Source: Phycisphaeraceae bacterium (GTDB lineage: Bacteria > Planctomycetota > Phycisphaerae > Phycisphaerales > Phycisphaeraceae). Taken from it: a stretch of DNA of 64,000 bases. Every line of letters begins with the position of its first letter. Position 1 is the stretch's first letter. Positions 1-10,191 of the stretch are shown in pieces. The stretch lies in the NCBI GenBank assembly GCA_963674705.1, contig OY771506.1:2720001-2784000 (forward strand). The letters run 5' to 3'. A program made the position numbers and the translations under genes. The notes under the pieces were generated by a model. The model was not told the origin of the DNA, did no database searches, and saw nothing but the letters and a program-made list of their open reading frames with translations.

Positions 1-1
1 C

Positions 2-670
2 GATGTCGAACGGTTCAGCAATCTTGAAACCGGTCACCAGGCGATGCCCGGTTCGCCGCACATGCTGGAGTTGATCGCCGAAGCCGCATCGGTTGTGTCG
101 CCGGATGCCAAAGATGTTCTGGATATCGGCTGTGGTGCGGGGAACTACAGCCTGAAGCTCCTAGAGCGATTGCCCGACCTGAACTTCACACTCATCGATC
201 TGAGCCAGCCGATGCTTGAACGCGCTCAACAGCGAGTTGGCAGAAAGACAAGCGGCCGGGTCGAACTATTGCAGGGGGATATCCGCCAACTGGACCTTGG
301 CGTCAATCAATACGACATCATTCTGGCCGCGGCGGTCTTACACCATCTGCGAACGGATGCTGAATGGGAAGTCGTATTTAAGAACATCTACCGTAGCCTT
401 AAACCCGGCGGCTCTTTCTGGATCTCGGATATGGTTGAGCATTCTCATCCAGCGATACAAGCCATGGCCTGGCAGCATTTTGGTGACTACCTGGTTTCAA
501 TGCGTGATGAAGCCTATCGTGACCACGTGTTCGACTATATCGAGAAAGAAGATACACCCCGGTCGTTGATGTATCAGCTTGAGCTGTTGCGCCGCGTCGG
601 CTTCAAGGATGTCGACATCCTGCACAAGCACAGCATCGGGGCTGCTTTCGGCGGGATCAAGGACCGATAA
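2..670 (+). CDS. Class I SAM-dependent methyltransferase (CmoA-like), 5'-truncated by window edge
   Basis: LDIGCGAG motif I and AVLHHL post-II motif; the frame is open back to position 2 (DVERFSNLETG...). Confidence 0.85.
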   Translation, partial: DVERFSNLETGHQAMPGSPHMLELIAEAASVVSPDAKDVLDIGCGAGNYSLKLLERLPDLNFTLIDLSQPMLERAQQRVGRKTSGRVELLQGDIRQLDLGVNQYDIILAAAVLHHLRTDAEWEVVFKNIYRSLKPGGSFWISDMVEHSHPAIQAMAWQHFGDYLVSMRDEAYRDHVFDYIEKEDTPRSLMYQLELLRRVGFKDVDILHKHSIGAAFGGIKDR

Positions 671-812
671 CTGGTTTACGTGGATGAACACAAAGTTAAC
701 ACGATGCGTATAAAAAGTGCTGGGCCAGAGGCTTGCAATCAACAGGCCAGAAAAGTAAGCCTGCTTTTAAATTAGCCCGATACATACCTTTAGAGGGGAC
801 GGACCCAGATTC

Positions 813-2255
813 ATGAGTACAGCGACACGCCCGCCATCGGCCGGAGAATCCAAGGTGACCCAAAAAGAGCAGGACCGCGATAAGTCGGTCAAGCACTTCG
901 TCCTGGATACGAACGTCCTGTTACATAATTCCGCTGCTTTGTACATGTTCGACGACAACGAGGTCGTGATCCCGTTCACGGTCCTGGAGGAGTTGGACAA
1001 ATTCAAAGCCCAGAATGATGACATCGGACGAAGCGCCCGTGAGGTGATCCGTCAGCTTGACAGGCTGCGCGGTAAGGGACAACTCAACAAAGGCGTGCAG
1101 TGGAACGGCCACGGCGGACGTATCCGCGTGGACTTCTCGACCGATGAGCGTCCGCCTTGGATCCGGGAAGACAAGCCCGACAACCGTATCATCGGTGTCG
1201 CCTGGGGCCTGAAAGAAAAAGGCCTGCCCACGATCCTGATCACAAAGGACATCAACGTTCGCCTTAAGTCCGATGCCATGGGTATTCAGACTGAGGACTT
1301 CGAAGCTCAGAAAGTCGACTCGGATAGGCTTTACAGCGGCTACCTCAACCTGACCGTACCTTCCTCTATCATCGACAGCCTGTATCAAGAGAAGCAGCTT
1401 GATACCGAAGAACTGGGACCGCACCTGGTCGAACACACCGAAGACGGTGATGAGATCAAGCTGGAGCTGTTTGCCAACCAGTTCCTCGTGCTTAAAGACG
1501 CGGTCGATGAATCGCATACCGGTATCGCCCGACGCCTGGCCGATACCGATCACGCCATCCCCATCCACGGGCCTCGCAAGCCTGTCTACGGGATTATGGC
1601 ACGCAACGTCCAGCAGACGATGGCGCTCGATTTGCTACTGGATGATGAGATCAAGCTCGTTACGCTGCTGGGTTCTGCAGGTACGGGTAAAACCCTACTT
1701 GCCATCGCGGCCGGCATGGCCAAGACATTCAGCGAACAGCGTTACGACAAGATGCTGGTTGCCCGCCCGATCATGCCCATGGGCAAAGACATCGGCTACC
1801 TGCCCGGCGATAAGGATGAGAAACTCAGCGCCTGGATGCAGCCGATTTTTGATAACCTCAGTTACCTGATGTCCACACGCGGCGCCGGTGCTCAGCATGC
1901 CGACTCCAAGCCGGCCGAACAACGCATCAACGCGCTGATGGAATCCGGCCAACTCGTGCTCGAACCATTGACCTACATCCGCGGCCGAAGCATCCCGCAC
2001 CAGTTCATGGTCGTTGACGAAGCTCAGAACCTGACGCCACACGAGGTCAAGACGATCGTCTCGCGTGTCGGCGAAGGTACGAAGATCGTTCTGACCGGCG
2101 ACATCGCCCAGATCGACAACCCGTACCTGGATGCTTCCAGTAACGGCCTGTCGTACATGGTCGAACGACTCAAGGGCCAGCACATGGTCGGCCACGTGAC
2201 GCTCGCCAAGAGCGAACGCAGCGAACTTGCAAGTGTTGCCGCCGAAAAACTATAA
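813..2255 (+). CDS. PIN-PhoH family protein (PhoH2/YlaK-like)
   Basis: N-terminal PIN FVLDTNVLL; Walker A GSAGTGKT; IGYLPG, YIRGRS, DEAQN, GDIAQID PhoH motifs. Confidence 0.92.
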   Translation: MSTATRPPSAGESKVTQKEQDRDKSVKHFVLDTNVLLHNSAALYMFDDNEVVIPFTVLEELDKFKAQNDDIGRSAREVIRQLDRLRGKGQLNKGVQWNGHGGRIRVDFSTDERPPWIREDKPDNRIIGVAWGLKEKGLPTILITKDINVRLKSDAMGIQTEDFEAQKVDSDRLYSGYLNLTVPSSIIDSLYQEKQLDTEELGPHLVEHTEDGDEIKLELFANQFLVLKDAVDESHTGIARRLADTDHAIPIHGPRKPVYGIMARNVQQTMALDLLLDDEIKLVTLLGSAGTGKTLLAIAAGMAKTFSEQRYDKMLVARPIMPMGKDIGYLPGDKDEKLSAWMQPIFDNLSYLMSTRGAGAQHADSKPAEQRINALMESGQLVLEPLTYIRGRSIPHQFMVVDEAQNLTPHEVKTIVSRVGEGTKIVLTGDIAQIDNPYLDASSNGLSYMVERLKGQHMVGHVTLAKSERSELASVAAEKL

Positions 2256-2463
2256 GCCGCTCGCGGCTTAGCGATCCAATCCATTCCCCCAATCCATCGC
2301 CGCGGGCTGCTGGCCCGCGCGCAGACGGTGTACCTCACGCACCCGAAGCACGAACCCCCGCGCGACCCGGCGGGTCGCGGCTATGGGATTGTTATCAATT
2401 GGGCGTCATGCCGCCATCTGATCCATCCCTGAAACCCTTAGCCGCAGGCTGCCGGCCTGCGCG
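2253..2463. repeat. Cluster of REP-like palindromes
   Basis: TAAGCCGC-TC-GCGGCTTAGCG at 2253-2273; related hairpins at 2294-2321 (+), 2359-2387 (-) and 2436-2463 (+). Confidence 0.7.
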
Positions 2464-2515
2464 AATGGTTGCGGCGTAATACAGCGTCAGTAGGTCGGGC
2501 TGCTAGAATATATTC

Positions 2516-3349
2516 ATGCACCTCAAACGCACTTTCCTCCTGGGCGTGATCGGATCACTTTCGCTGGCGGCGTTACTGGGTATCTGGGCGTTTGTGTTTG
2601 GTAACTTCGGGCATACCGAAGTCAAGATCATCCTGACGACACTGACCGCTGCGCTGTTCAGCCTGACATCACTTGGTGCGGCCGTGGTGCTTGAGCGCGG
2701 TCGATGGCGTCTGGCCATGATCAGCACTTTCGTGCTTAGCGGCCTCAGCCTGATTGTCTACCTGATCGTGATCTGGTACGAACACATCTGGCGGGTCGTC
2801 GACGACGATACGTTGGCAAAAGTGATGGCCTGGCTGGCGACGTGGGCCATCGCGTTGCCACACATGGCCTTGCTGTCGCTCCCTTCATTTAGAGGTTTTT
2901 ATCTCTGGATCCGCAGGGCGGCGATCGGCATGGTCTTACTGCTTGCGTTGTCAATCACAATATTCGCTTTGCTTGAAGGCGAGCCGGATGATGACTTCTG
3001 GGTGCGCGAAATTGGTGTGTTCGGCATCCTGACCGCGCTGGGCACGATCACCGTGCCGATCCTGATGAAAGTCGCGGGCATCGAAAAAGAAGCCTCGGTT
3101 GAGTCCACCTCGTTAGATATCAAGATCACCTGCCCGAGGTGCTTGACAGAGCAGGTGGTAACCAGTGGCCATTCACGGTGTTCAGCGTGCAAATTGCGAT
3201 TCGAGATCAAGATCGAGGAACCCCGCTGTCCGCAGTGCGACTATTTATTACATAAGTTGGCCTCGCCGATCTGTCCCGAGTGTGGCTACTATCTTGGGAA
3301 GAGTGAAGTGGTTGAAAAAGCGGATGAACCTTCGGCCGGAGACGTGTGA
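2516..3349 (+). CDS. Multi-pass membrane protein with C-terminal double zinc ribbon
   Basis: About 6 hydrophobic helices followed by CPRC, CSAC, CPQC, CPEC. Confidence 0.8.
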   Translation: MHLKRTFLLGVIGSLSLAALLGIWAFVFGNFGHTEVKIILTTLTAALFSLTSLGAAVVLERGRWRLAMISTFVLSGLSLIVYLIVIWYEHIWRVVDDDTLAKVMAWLATWAIALPHMALLSLPSFRGFYLWIRRAAIGMVLLLALSITIFALLEGEPDDDFWVREIGVFGILTALGTITVPILMKVAGIEKEASVESTSLDIKITCPRCLTEQVVTSGHSRCSACKLRFEIKIEEPRCPQCDYLLHKLASPICPECGYYLGKSEVVEKADEPSAGDV

Positions 3350-6300
3350 TGGCGGTTCAAACAAATAGTCAAACCGAAAAGAAACCTGAATCAGCCCCGG
3401 TGAAGCGTCGCTGGCTACGGCGTGTGGTGGTTGTTCTGTGTTTGCTATTGATCGTCGTGGTCGTTCTGGTCGCACTGCTGCCGACCTTACTTAGTACCTC
3501 AGCCGGCAAGCGGTTTGTGATGAGTACGGTCAGTGACCAGGTTGCCGGCGAGGTAGAAGCGGACAGCATGAGCCTGAGCTGGCGGGGGGGGCAGCGCGTG
3601 ACGGGGCTGCTCATCCGTGATCCTACCGGCAGTGAAGTGGTGAAGATCGGTTCAATCGATCTGCCCGATGTATCAATCCTGGGTTTGCTGCGAGGTGGTC
3701 TTGGGTTGGGGCAGATAAGTATCGAGCAGGTCCGTGGCGATGTGATTGGCTATGAGGACGGGACGACCAACCTTCAACAGGCACTGGCTTCCGCAACAGG
3801 CAAAAGTGCCAGTGCAAAAACAAGCGAGCCGGCTGCCGACCAAGGGCTCTGGCCCGAAGGTTTGTCTTTCGCATTTGACCTGCGTGATCTCGATGTGACT
3901 TACCGAGCGCAAGACGCCAAAGAGCCGATTCGTATGGTGGTTTCGCAAGCCCAGCTCACCGCGAATGATCCGACACAGCTGATCGCCAAGCTCAGCGCAA
4001 GCGTCTGTCACGGCGTTAACACCGGCTCTGTTTCGGCGGATGCGAAAATCGACCAGCTGTTTGACACCGACGGCAACCTGCAACTTGCCAAGGCCGTCGC
4101 ACACATCGATAGCCAACTGGTAGATCTGCCGATCGTCTCGCTCGATGCGTTTTTACAGGAAGACGGCAGGCTTGTGACACTACTCGGTTCGCGGCTCAAC
4201 GGCCAGGTCGTCGCAGATGTCACGACAGCAGGCGGCACGGCACACGTGAAGTCCGACACGGAACAATTGCACGTCAATACCAGGATCGCCTACGACGATG
4301 CCGGCCTTCGCCGTGAGGATGAATCGACTATCCGCTACACGCTGACACCGAATGCCTGGGTGGTCATCAATACGAAAGAAGGCGTTGCCACAAGCAAGCT
4401 CCAGCAGCCGGTTGATATCACGATTGCGCTTAACAGCCTGAACCTGCCATTTACCGAGCAGGGCGTGGACCTGTCGCGGTTGAGCATGGAACTGGCGCTT
4501 GCTATTTCAGATACGAAGCTGGATATCAACAACGTCGGTGAGGTCACGCTCGAATCCACAACCGGTTCATTGAAGACTTCACAGTTGAGTCAATCATTAA
4601 ATGCAAACTTCAACACCACCAGCGGTCTGAACAACAAGCCCGGACAGGTGGCGCTCGATATCCAGCTTAAGGACCTGATGAACGCGGAGGGTCAGTTTGA
4701 TGTTGCACACATTTCGGCCATGGTAAACGCGCAAATCACCAACGCGCCGCTTGCCGCGATCCTGGATGAGCTAATCCCCAATGTCACGAAAGGCCTGGCG
4801 ACACGTACTCTCGGCAAATCAATGGATACGACGGTTAGCCTGACTACCCAACCCGATAGGGCTACCAACGGCATGACGGGGCGATTTGAAGTTGATGCCT
4901 TGACCGAAGCAAGCGAGACCGACCTGAATACCACACTCATCGGTTCGTTCGCCTACAGCGACCAGGCTGTCCAGGCGACATTGGCTGATGGGTCTTACGC
5001 CAAGCTGACACTCAACCAGAACCTGCTTGATGACCTGATGCAAGCATACACAGAACCTGCTACGGCCGAGCAAGTGTCTGACGCGCCGCAAATCACACTC
5101 GGTGCGCCAGCAAAAATCAGGCTGGATGTCACACAATTCAAACTGGCGTTGAAGGCTTTGGCTGAAGGCGGTTACGCACTCGATCCTGATGCATGCTCCG
5201 CGGCCGTAAAACTCGTCAGCCCTGAAGTCCGTGTCATGCAGGATGGTGAGTATGTCGCCACCTTGAGCGACTTCCTGGTTGATCTTGTTAATCATGGCAT
5301 GTTCAGCGATACGCGCCTCGTTCTGAACTCAGCGATTACGTATCCCACGGGAGAAGATGAAGACTCGAAGAACGGCAGGATCAAATCCGATACCACCATC
5401 AAAGGCATCGCCCGAATCGATGAGAAGTTGTCGTTTGCCAATGCAACCTACATGACGGATACCGAAGTCCGCCAGGCCCCGATCGATCTGGTCGATGCCC
5501 TGTTCGACATGGGTGGAGAACTCATCGCCGCGGTTGGCGCCCGCGCTTACCTCACGCTCAATGGTGAATACAGCCCGGCTGAAGAGGGCACGACCGGTGG
5601 TTTGGATATGGTGATGAAAAACCGCTACTGCTCTGCCGACCTGAAGCTTCTGGTCGAAGATGATCGGTGGATACTCAAGAACGACGCACCGATGTCCTTC
5701 CGTGTAACACCCAGTTTATCCCAGGTCTTTTTGAAAAAAATCAACCCATTCCTGGGTAGCGCGATATCAGCCAAGTTGCCTGTCAGTGTGACCGTGAAGA
5801 AAGACGGCTTTTCGGTCCCGCTGCGCGATGTGACGCTTAAAGATGTCAACGCCAACGTGGCATTGGACCTCGGCGAACTGAACCTGAGGGGTGAGGGTGA
5901 TCTGGCAGAATTGCTTTCACAATTCGGTATCAGCAATCGAAACCTGTTGAACGTTGATTTTTCGCCGTTCACGTTCTCTCTGGATAATGGCAAGCTCTCC
6001 TACCAGGACCTTGTCATGAGTATCGATGAGGTCAAATTCGGATTCTCCGGCAAGGTCGATCTGAATAGCCGGGCGCTGGACCTTCAGATGACGATTCCGG
6101 GTTCAACCCTCTCTCAAATTTCATGGCTTAAGGGCAAGATCAATGCGGATCAGGTCATCGTGATCCCACTCACCGGCACGTTCGATGAACCCAAGCTGGA
6201 TATGAAACTGCTGACGGGCGAACTGGCTAAAGCCGCTCTTCAAGGCCAACTGGAAAACGAATTAGGCGGGACACTGCGTGACAAACTCGGAGAAGAAGCC

Positions 6301-6528
6301 GGCAGCGCGGTAGGGGGGCTGTTAAATGAGATACTAAAGACCGGGAAGTTGCCTGAAGCAGACCAGAACGACAATGATGACCAGGACCCCGAGGCAAAAA
6401 GTGATGAGGACCCAACTGGTCAGGAATTGACTGCCGAGGAGCGTGAAGCCCGAAAGGAACGCCGCCGCCTCCGTCGCGAACGTCTTGAGCAGGAAAAAGC
6501 TGAGCAGGAAGCCCAGCAGACCCAGTAG
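3349..6528 (+). CDS. Large AsmA-like (bridge-like) envelope protein
   Basis: N-terminal membrane anchor, long beta-rich body, C-terminal IPLTGTFDEPK motif typical of AsmA/TamB-like C-termini; start overlaps upstream stop (TGATG). Confidence 0.65.
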   Translation: MAVQTNSQTEKKPESAPVKRRWLRRVVVVLCLLLIVVVVLVALLPTLLSTSAGKRFVMSTVSDQVAGEVEADSMSLSWRGGQRVTGLLIRDPTGSEVVKIGSIDLPDVSILGLLRGGLGLGQISIEQVRGDVIGYEDGTTNLQQALASATGKSASAKTSEPAADQGLWPEGLSFAFDLRDLDVTYRAQDAKEPIRMVVSQAQLTANDPTQLIAKLSASVCHGVNTGSVSADAKIDQLFDTDGNLQLAKAVAHIDSQLVDLPIVSLDAFLQEDGRLVTLLGSRLNGQVVADVTTAGGTAHVKSDTEQLHVNTRIAYDDAGLRREDESTIRYTLTPNAWVVINTKEGVATSKLQQPVDITIALNSLNLPFTEQGVDLSRLSMELALAISDTKLDINNVGEVTLESTTGSLKTSQLSQSLNANFNTTSGLNNKPGQVALDIQLKDLMNAEGQFDVAHISAMVNAQITNAPLAAILDELIPNVTKGLATRTLGKSMDTTVSLTTQPDRATNGMTGRFEVDALTEASETDLNTTLIGSFAYSDQAVQATLADGSYAKLTLNQNLLDDLMQAYTEPATAEQVSDAPQITLGAPAKIRLDVTQFKLALKALAEGGYALDPDACSAAVKLVSPEVRVMQDGEYVATLSDFLVDLVNHGMFSDTRLVLNSAITYPTGEDEDSKNGRIKSDTTIKGIARIDEKLSFANATYMTDTEVRQAPIDLVDALFDMGGELIAAVGARAYLTLNGEYSPAEEGTTGGLDMVMKNRYCSADLKLLVEDDRWILKNDAPMSFRVTPSLSQVFLKKINPFLGSAISAKLPVSVTVKKDGFSVPLRDVTLKDVNANVALDLGELNLRGEGDLAELLSQFGISNRNLLNVDFSPFTFSLDNGKLSYQDLVMSIDEVKFGFSGKVDLNSRALDLQMTIPGSTLSQISWLKGKINADQVIVIPLTGTFDEPKLDMKLLTGELAKAALQGQLENELGGTLRDKLGEEAGSAVGGLLNEILKTGKLPEADQNDNDDQDPEAKSDEDPTGQELTAEEREARKERRRLRRERLEQEKAEQEAQQTQ

Positions 6529-6661
6529 TCAGCGATGTAACAATCGTTTCATGTCTGGATTCACGGAATCGCAATCGTGGAAGGCTATACTGCTGTTGCT
6601 ATACTTCCATCAATGACATGTTGTATGTTGCTAACCACGATCTAACACATTCGATCAGACC

Positions 6662-7921
6662 ATGACTACCACAACGACCGGCACCGACTTCGATCCCACA
6701 ACCGTCAAGATGCAATACCGCCGATTTGGCCGAACCGAACTGCAAATACCTGTCCTGAGCTGCGGGGGCATGCGCTACCAGGAGGGCTGGAAAGACAAGC
6801 CGATAAATGAGATCGGCAAAGAAAACCAGGCCAACCTTGAAGCGACTATCCACCGCTCTGTTGAGCTGGGTATCAACCACATCGAAACCGCACGTGGGTA
6901 CGGCCCGAGCGAACGGCAACTCGGTCTTGTTCTGCCCAAACTCCCGCGAGATAAGATCATCGTGCAGACCAAGGTCGGACCCGAGGAAGATCCTGAGGAA
7001 TTCCGCAAGAACTTCGAGCAGTCACTCGAACGCCTGCAGTTGGATCACGTCGAGTTACTGGGCATTCACGGGATCAACGATCGCACACGCCTGGAGCGTG
7101 CCATCCGTCCCGGCGGCTGTTTCGATATCGCACAGGAATTCCGCAAGCAGGGCAAGGTCAAGTATGTCGGTTTTTCAACGCATGGATCGCTCGATGTCAT
7201 CCTCGACGCGATCCGTCACGGCGAACCGGAGGTCGGCAAGGGCTTCGACTACGTCAACCTGCACTGGTATTACATCTTCCAACGCAACTGGCCCGCCATC
7301 GAAGAGGCGATCAAACGCGACATGGGCGTATTCATCATCAGCCCGTCGGATAAGGGAGGTAAGCTCTACTCGCCTTCTGACAAACTCGTTGAACTATGCA
7401 ACCCGCTGCACCCGATCGTCTTCAATGACTTGTTCTGCCTGAGCCAGCCCAAGGTGCATACGATCAGTATCGGCGCCGCTCGACCGAGCGATTTCGACCT
7501 GCACATGCAAGCAGTATCCCTGCTTGATGAGGCGGAGCAACACACCGCTCCGATTATCCAACGGCTTACACAAGCCATGCGCGACGCGACGGGAGTGGAT
7601 CATCCGGAAGCGATGGGCAAAGACATGCCGCAGTACACCGAAATCCCCGGCGAATTGAACTACGAACTGATGCTCTGGCTGCGCAATCTGGCTGTCGGTT
7701 GGGACATGATCGAGTACGGCAAGATGCGTTTTAACCTGCTGGGCTCGGGCGATACATGGTTCCCCGGTGGCAAGCCCACGAACATGAACGACATCGATCC
7801 CGCTGATCTCATCAAGGCGGCAGGCAACTCACCCTATGCCGAAAAGGTGCCGGCGATGTTGCGCGAAGCGCTGGATATCCTCGGCGGTGAGGAAGTGAAA
7901 CGCCTCAGTGAAAGCGAATAA
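6662..7921 (+). CDS. Aldo/keto reductase
   Basis: YRRFGRTEL, GINHIETARGYG, SLERLQLDHV, VGFSTHG. Confidence 0.9.
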   Translation: MTTTTTGTDFDPTTVKMQYRRFGRTELQIPVLSCGGMRYQEGWKDKPINEIGKENQANLEATIHRSVELGINHIETARGYGPSERQLGLVLPKLPRDKIIVQTKVGPEEDPEEFRKNFEQSLERLQLDHVELLGIHGINDRTRLERAIRPGGCFDIAQEFRKQGKVKYVGFSTHGSLDVILDAIRHGEPEVGKGFDYVNLHWYYIFQRNWPAIEEAIKRDMGVFIISPSDKGGKLYSPSDKLVELCNPLHPIVFNDLFCLSQPKVHTISIGAARPSDFDLHMQAVSLLDEAEQHTAPIIQRLTQAMRDATGVDHPEAMGKDMPQYTEIPGELNYELMLWLRNLAVGWDMIEYGKMRFNLLGSGDTWFPGGKPTNMNDIDPADLIKAAGNSPYAEKVPAMLREALDILGGEEVKRLSESE

Positions 7922-7928
7922 CGCTCGC

Positions 7929-8912
7929 TTACGGGAACAGCGAAAAGAGGTAAGGCAAACAAAAAACGGTCAGCACAGCTCGCAACATGAAGTTCGTGAT
8001 AAACATGAGTGCGGTGGCGACGCTCGCTTCTGTCGGGTCAAGATCGAACAAGCCCGAAAAACCCCAGAAGTATAAGCCGAAGTAAATCGGCGCGACCAGG
8101 AAGATACCTGGGAAGTGCCACGCGAAGGGACCAAGCCAGAGCGTCATGAGGTCGCCGAATATCTCCGGCGCGACGATGATTGCTGCCAGTTTCAATAACG
8201 TCGTCAACAGCGTCCCAAACGTGGTTGACATGATCATCGCTATCAGGATCGTGCCGATAAACATGATAGGCAGCACAAACAAGGCTTCGATAGCTGTACG
8301 TGCGATCAGGTACCCGGTCCCATGGCCGTCCGCGAGGATATCGACGCCTACTCGCCACAGCAGGCCCACCGCCAGAAGGATGGCAGGGATAAGCACGTCC
8401 TGCCATTTATTGTCGGTGGCATCATCCTCTCCTTCTTCAAGCGCAAGTAAGACCGAGCTGCTCCCGATCCCCGGCATCCCTCCCCCCGGCAAGTTGCTGG
8501 TATCGACCGGCGCGTCAGGGTCGGTGACGGCGGTCTGCATCCGCTTACCTTTTTTCAGGTTGTAGCCACACTTGATGCAGATCACGGCCCCCGGCTTGAT
8601 CGACTGGTTGCAGGCTGGACACCGGCCGGTCTGGGCGGCGGCCTGTTGGGCGGGGGTCGGTGGGGGCTCGACGATCGTCTCATCGATGCCGGTCAGGTCC
8701 AGCTCGTAGGTGTTGGATTCGTCTTTGGCTTCGGGTTTGGGCTGCTCAGGCAGGGGATCGACAGCCTCGGCGACCCTTCCCGGGACGGTTGGAATACGAA
8801 TGCGCTTGTGACAGCTGGGACACTGGGCCTTGCGGTCCGCGATCTTCGTGGTCCACTGGAACCGCTTGCGGCAGTGTGGGCATGTGAAGGTTTGTCTGGC
8901 GCTATGGCTCAT
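7929..8912 (-). CDS. Zinc-ribbon-containing membrane protein
   Basis: CPHC/CPSC and CPAC/CIKCGYNL ribbons followed by about 5 TM helices; start could be 8930. Confidence 0.75.
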   Translation of the reverse strand: MSHSARQTFTCPHCRKRFQWTTKIADRKAQCPSCHKRIRIPTVPGRVAEAVDPLPEQPKPEAKDESNTYELDLTGIDETIVEPPPTPAQQAAAQTGRCPACNQSIKPGAVICIKCGYNLKKGKRMQTAVTDPDAPVDTSNLPGGGMPGIGSSSVLLALEEGEDDATDNKWQDVLIPAILLAVGLLWRVGVDILADGHGTGYLIARTAIEALFVLPIMFIGTILIAMIMSTTFGTLLTTLLKLAAIIVAPEIFGDLMTLWLGPFAWHFPGIFLVAPIYFGLYFWGFSGLFDLDPTEASVATALMFITNFMLRAVLTVFCLPYLFSLFP

Positions 8913-9075
8913 CCGTACCCCGTTGTCCATGGTAGATAAGACTTTAGACTCTCGGGACGTCGCATTGTTGTCAAGTTTTGGTCTCCGGGGCCCAATTTTG
9001 CGGACCCGCCTTGGCTTCCAGACCACGGCAGACTATCCTCTGTGCCTTAGACACAAGGAAGTGCAGGATTTCCCT

Positions 9076-10191
9076 ATGACAGTACCTCTATTAGATCTCA
9101 ACCGTCAGCACGAAACCCTCATGCCCCAGATGCGGCAGGCCTTTGATGAAGTGACCCGTACCGGGCAGTTCATTCTCGGCGAATACGTCAAGCAATTCGA
9201 GCAGCAGTTCGCAGAGTACTGCGGCGTCAAGCATGCCTTGGGGGTCTCCTCAGGCACAGACGCGCTGGTCGTGGCCATGATGGCGATGGATATCGGCCCC
9301 GGTGACGAGGTCATCACCACGCCGTTCACCTTCTTCGCCACCGCCGGCAGCATCGCTCGACTCGGCGCCAAGCCGGTCTTCATCGACATCAACCCACGGA
9401 CCTACAACCTCCAGGCCAAGGATATCGAGGGCGCGATTACCGACAAGACCAAGGCGATCATCCCCGTCCATCTTTACGGGCTCAGCGCCAACATGGGCAC
9501 CATCATGGAGGTGGCAAAAGCCAACAACCTCAAAGTGATCGAGGATGCCGCCCAGGCCGCCGGTGCTCGCTACCAGGACAAACTGGTTGGCTCGATCGGC
9601 GACGTGGGTTGCTTCAGCTTCTACCCGACAAAGAACCTGGCGGGCCTGGGGGATGGTGGAGCGATCACGACCAACGATGACGAGTTGGCACAACGCATCA
9701 AGCAATTACGCAATCACGGCGCGGATGTGCCCGACCACTTCCCGAGTGTCGGTGGCAACTTCCGTCTGGATGGTATTCAGGCCGCGTGCCTTTCCATCAA
9801 GCTGCCGTTCCTGGATGAATGGTGTGAAAAACGCCGTCAACACGCCGACCACTACGGCCACGAACTGGAAGAACTGGCTATCACGACACCGTTCGAGGTG
9901 GAAAACCGGCGTCACGTGTACAACCAGTACACTGTTCGTGTTCGCGGTAAGGGCATGCGTGATGGGCTTAGTCACCACCTGACCGCCTGCGGGATCGGCA
10001 ACCGGATCTACTACTCCCAGCCGCTTCACTTACAGCCATGCTTTAAGCATCTGGGATATCAACCGGGCAGCCTGCCCTTCGCCGAAGAGGCATGCGAGCA
10101 GGTGTTGAGTTTGCCGGCGTTCCCGGAAATGACACGTCAGGAACAGGATGAAGTGATTGGTTGTATCCGTGAGTACTTCCTCGCCGAGTGA
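9076..10191 (+). CDS. DegT/DnrJ/EryC1/StrS family PLP aminotransferase
   Basis: VPLLDL start, SSGTDAL, PVHLYG, EDAAQA, SFYPTKNL (PLP lysine). Confidence 0.93.
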   Translation: MTVPLLDLNRQHETLMPQMRQAFDEVTRTGQFILGEYVKQFEQQFAEYCGVKHALGVSSGTDALVVAMMAMDIGPGDEVITTPFTFFATAGSIARLGAKPVFIDINPRTYNLQAKDIEGAITDKTKAIIPVHLYGLSANMGTIMEVAKANNLKVIEDAAQAAGARYQDKLVGSIGDVGCFSFYPTKNLAGLGDGGAITTNDDELAQRIKQLRNHGADVPDHFPSVGGNFRLDGIQAACLSIKLPFLDEWCEKRRQHADHYGHELEELAITTPFEVENRRHVYNQYTVRVRGKGMRDGLSHHLTACGIGNRIYYSQPLHLQPCFKHLGYQPGSLPFAEEACEQVLSLPAFPEMTRQEQDEVIGCIREYFLAE

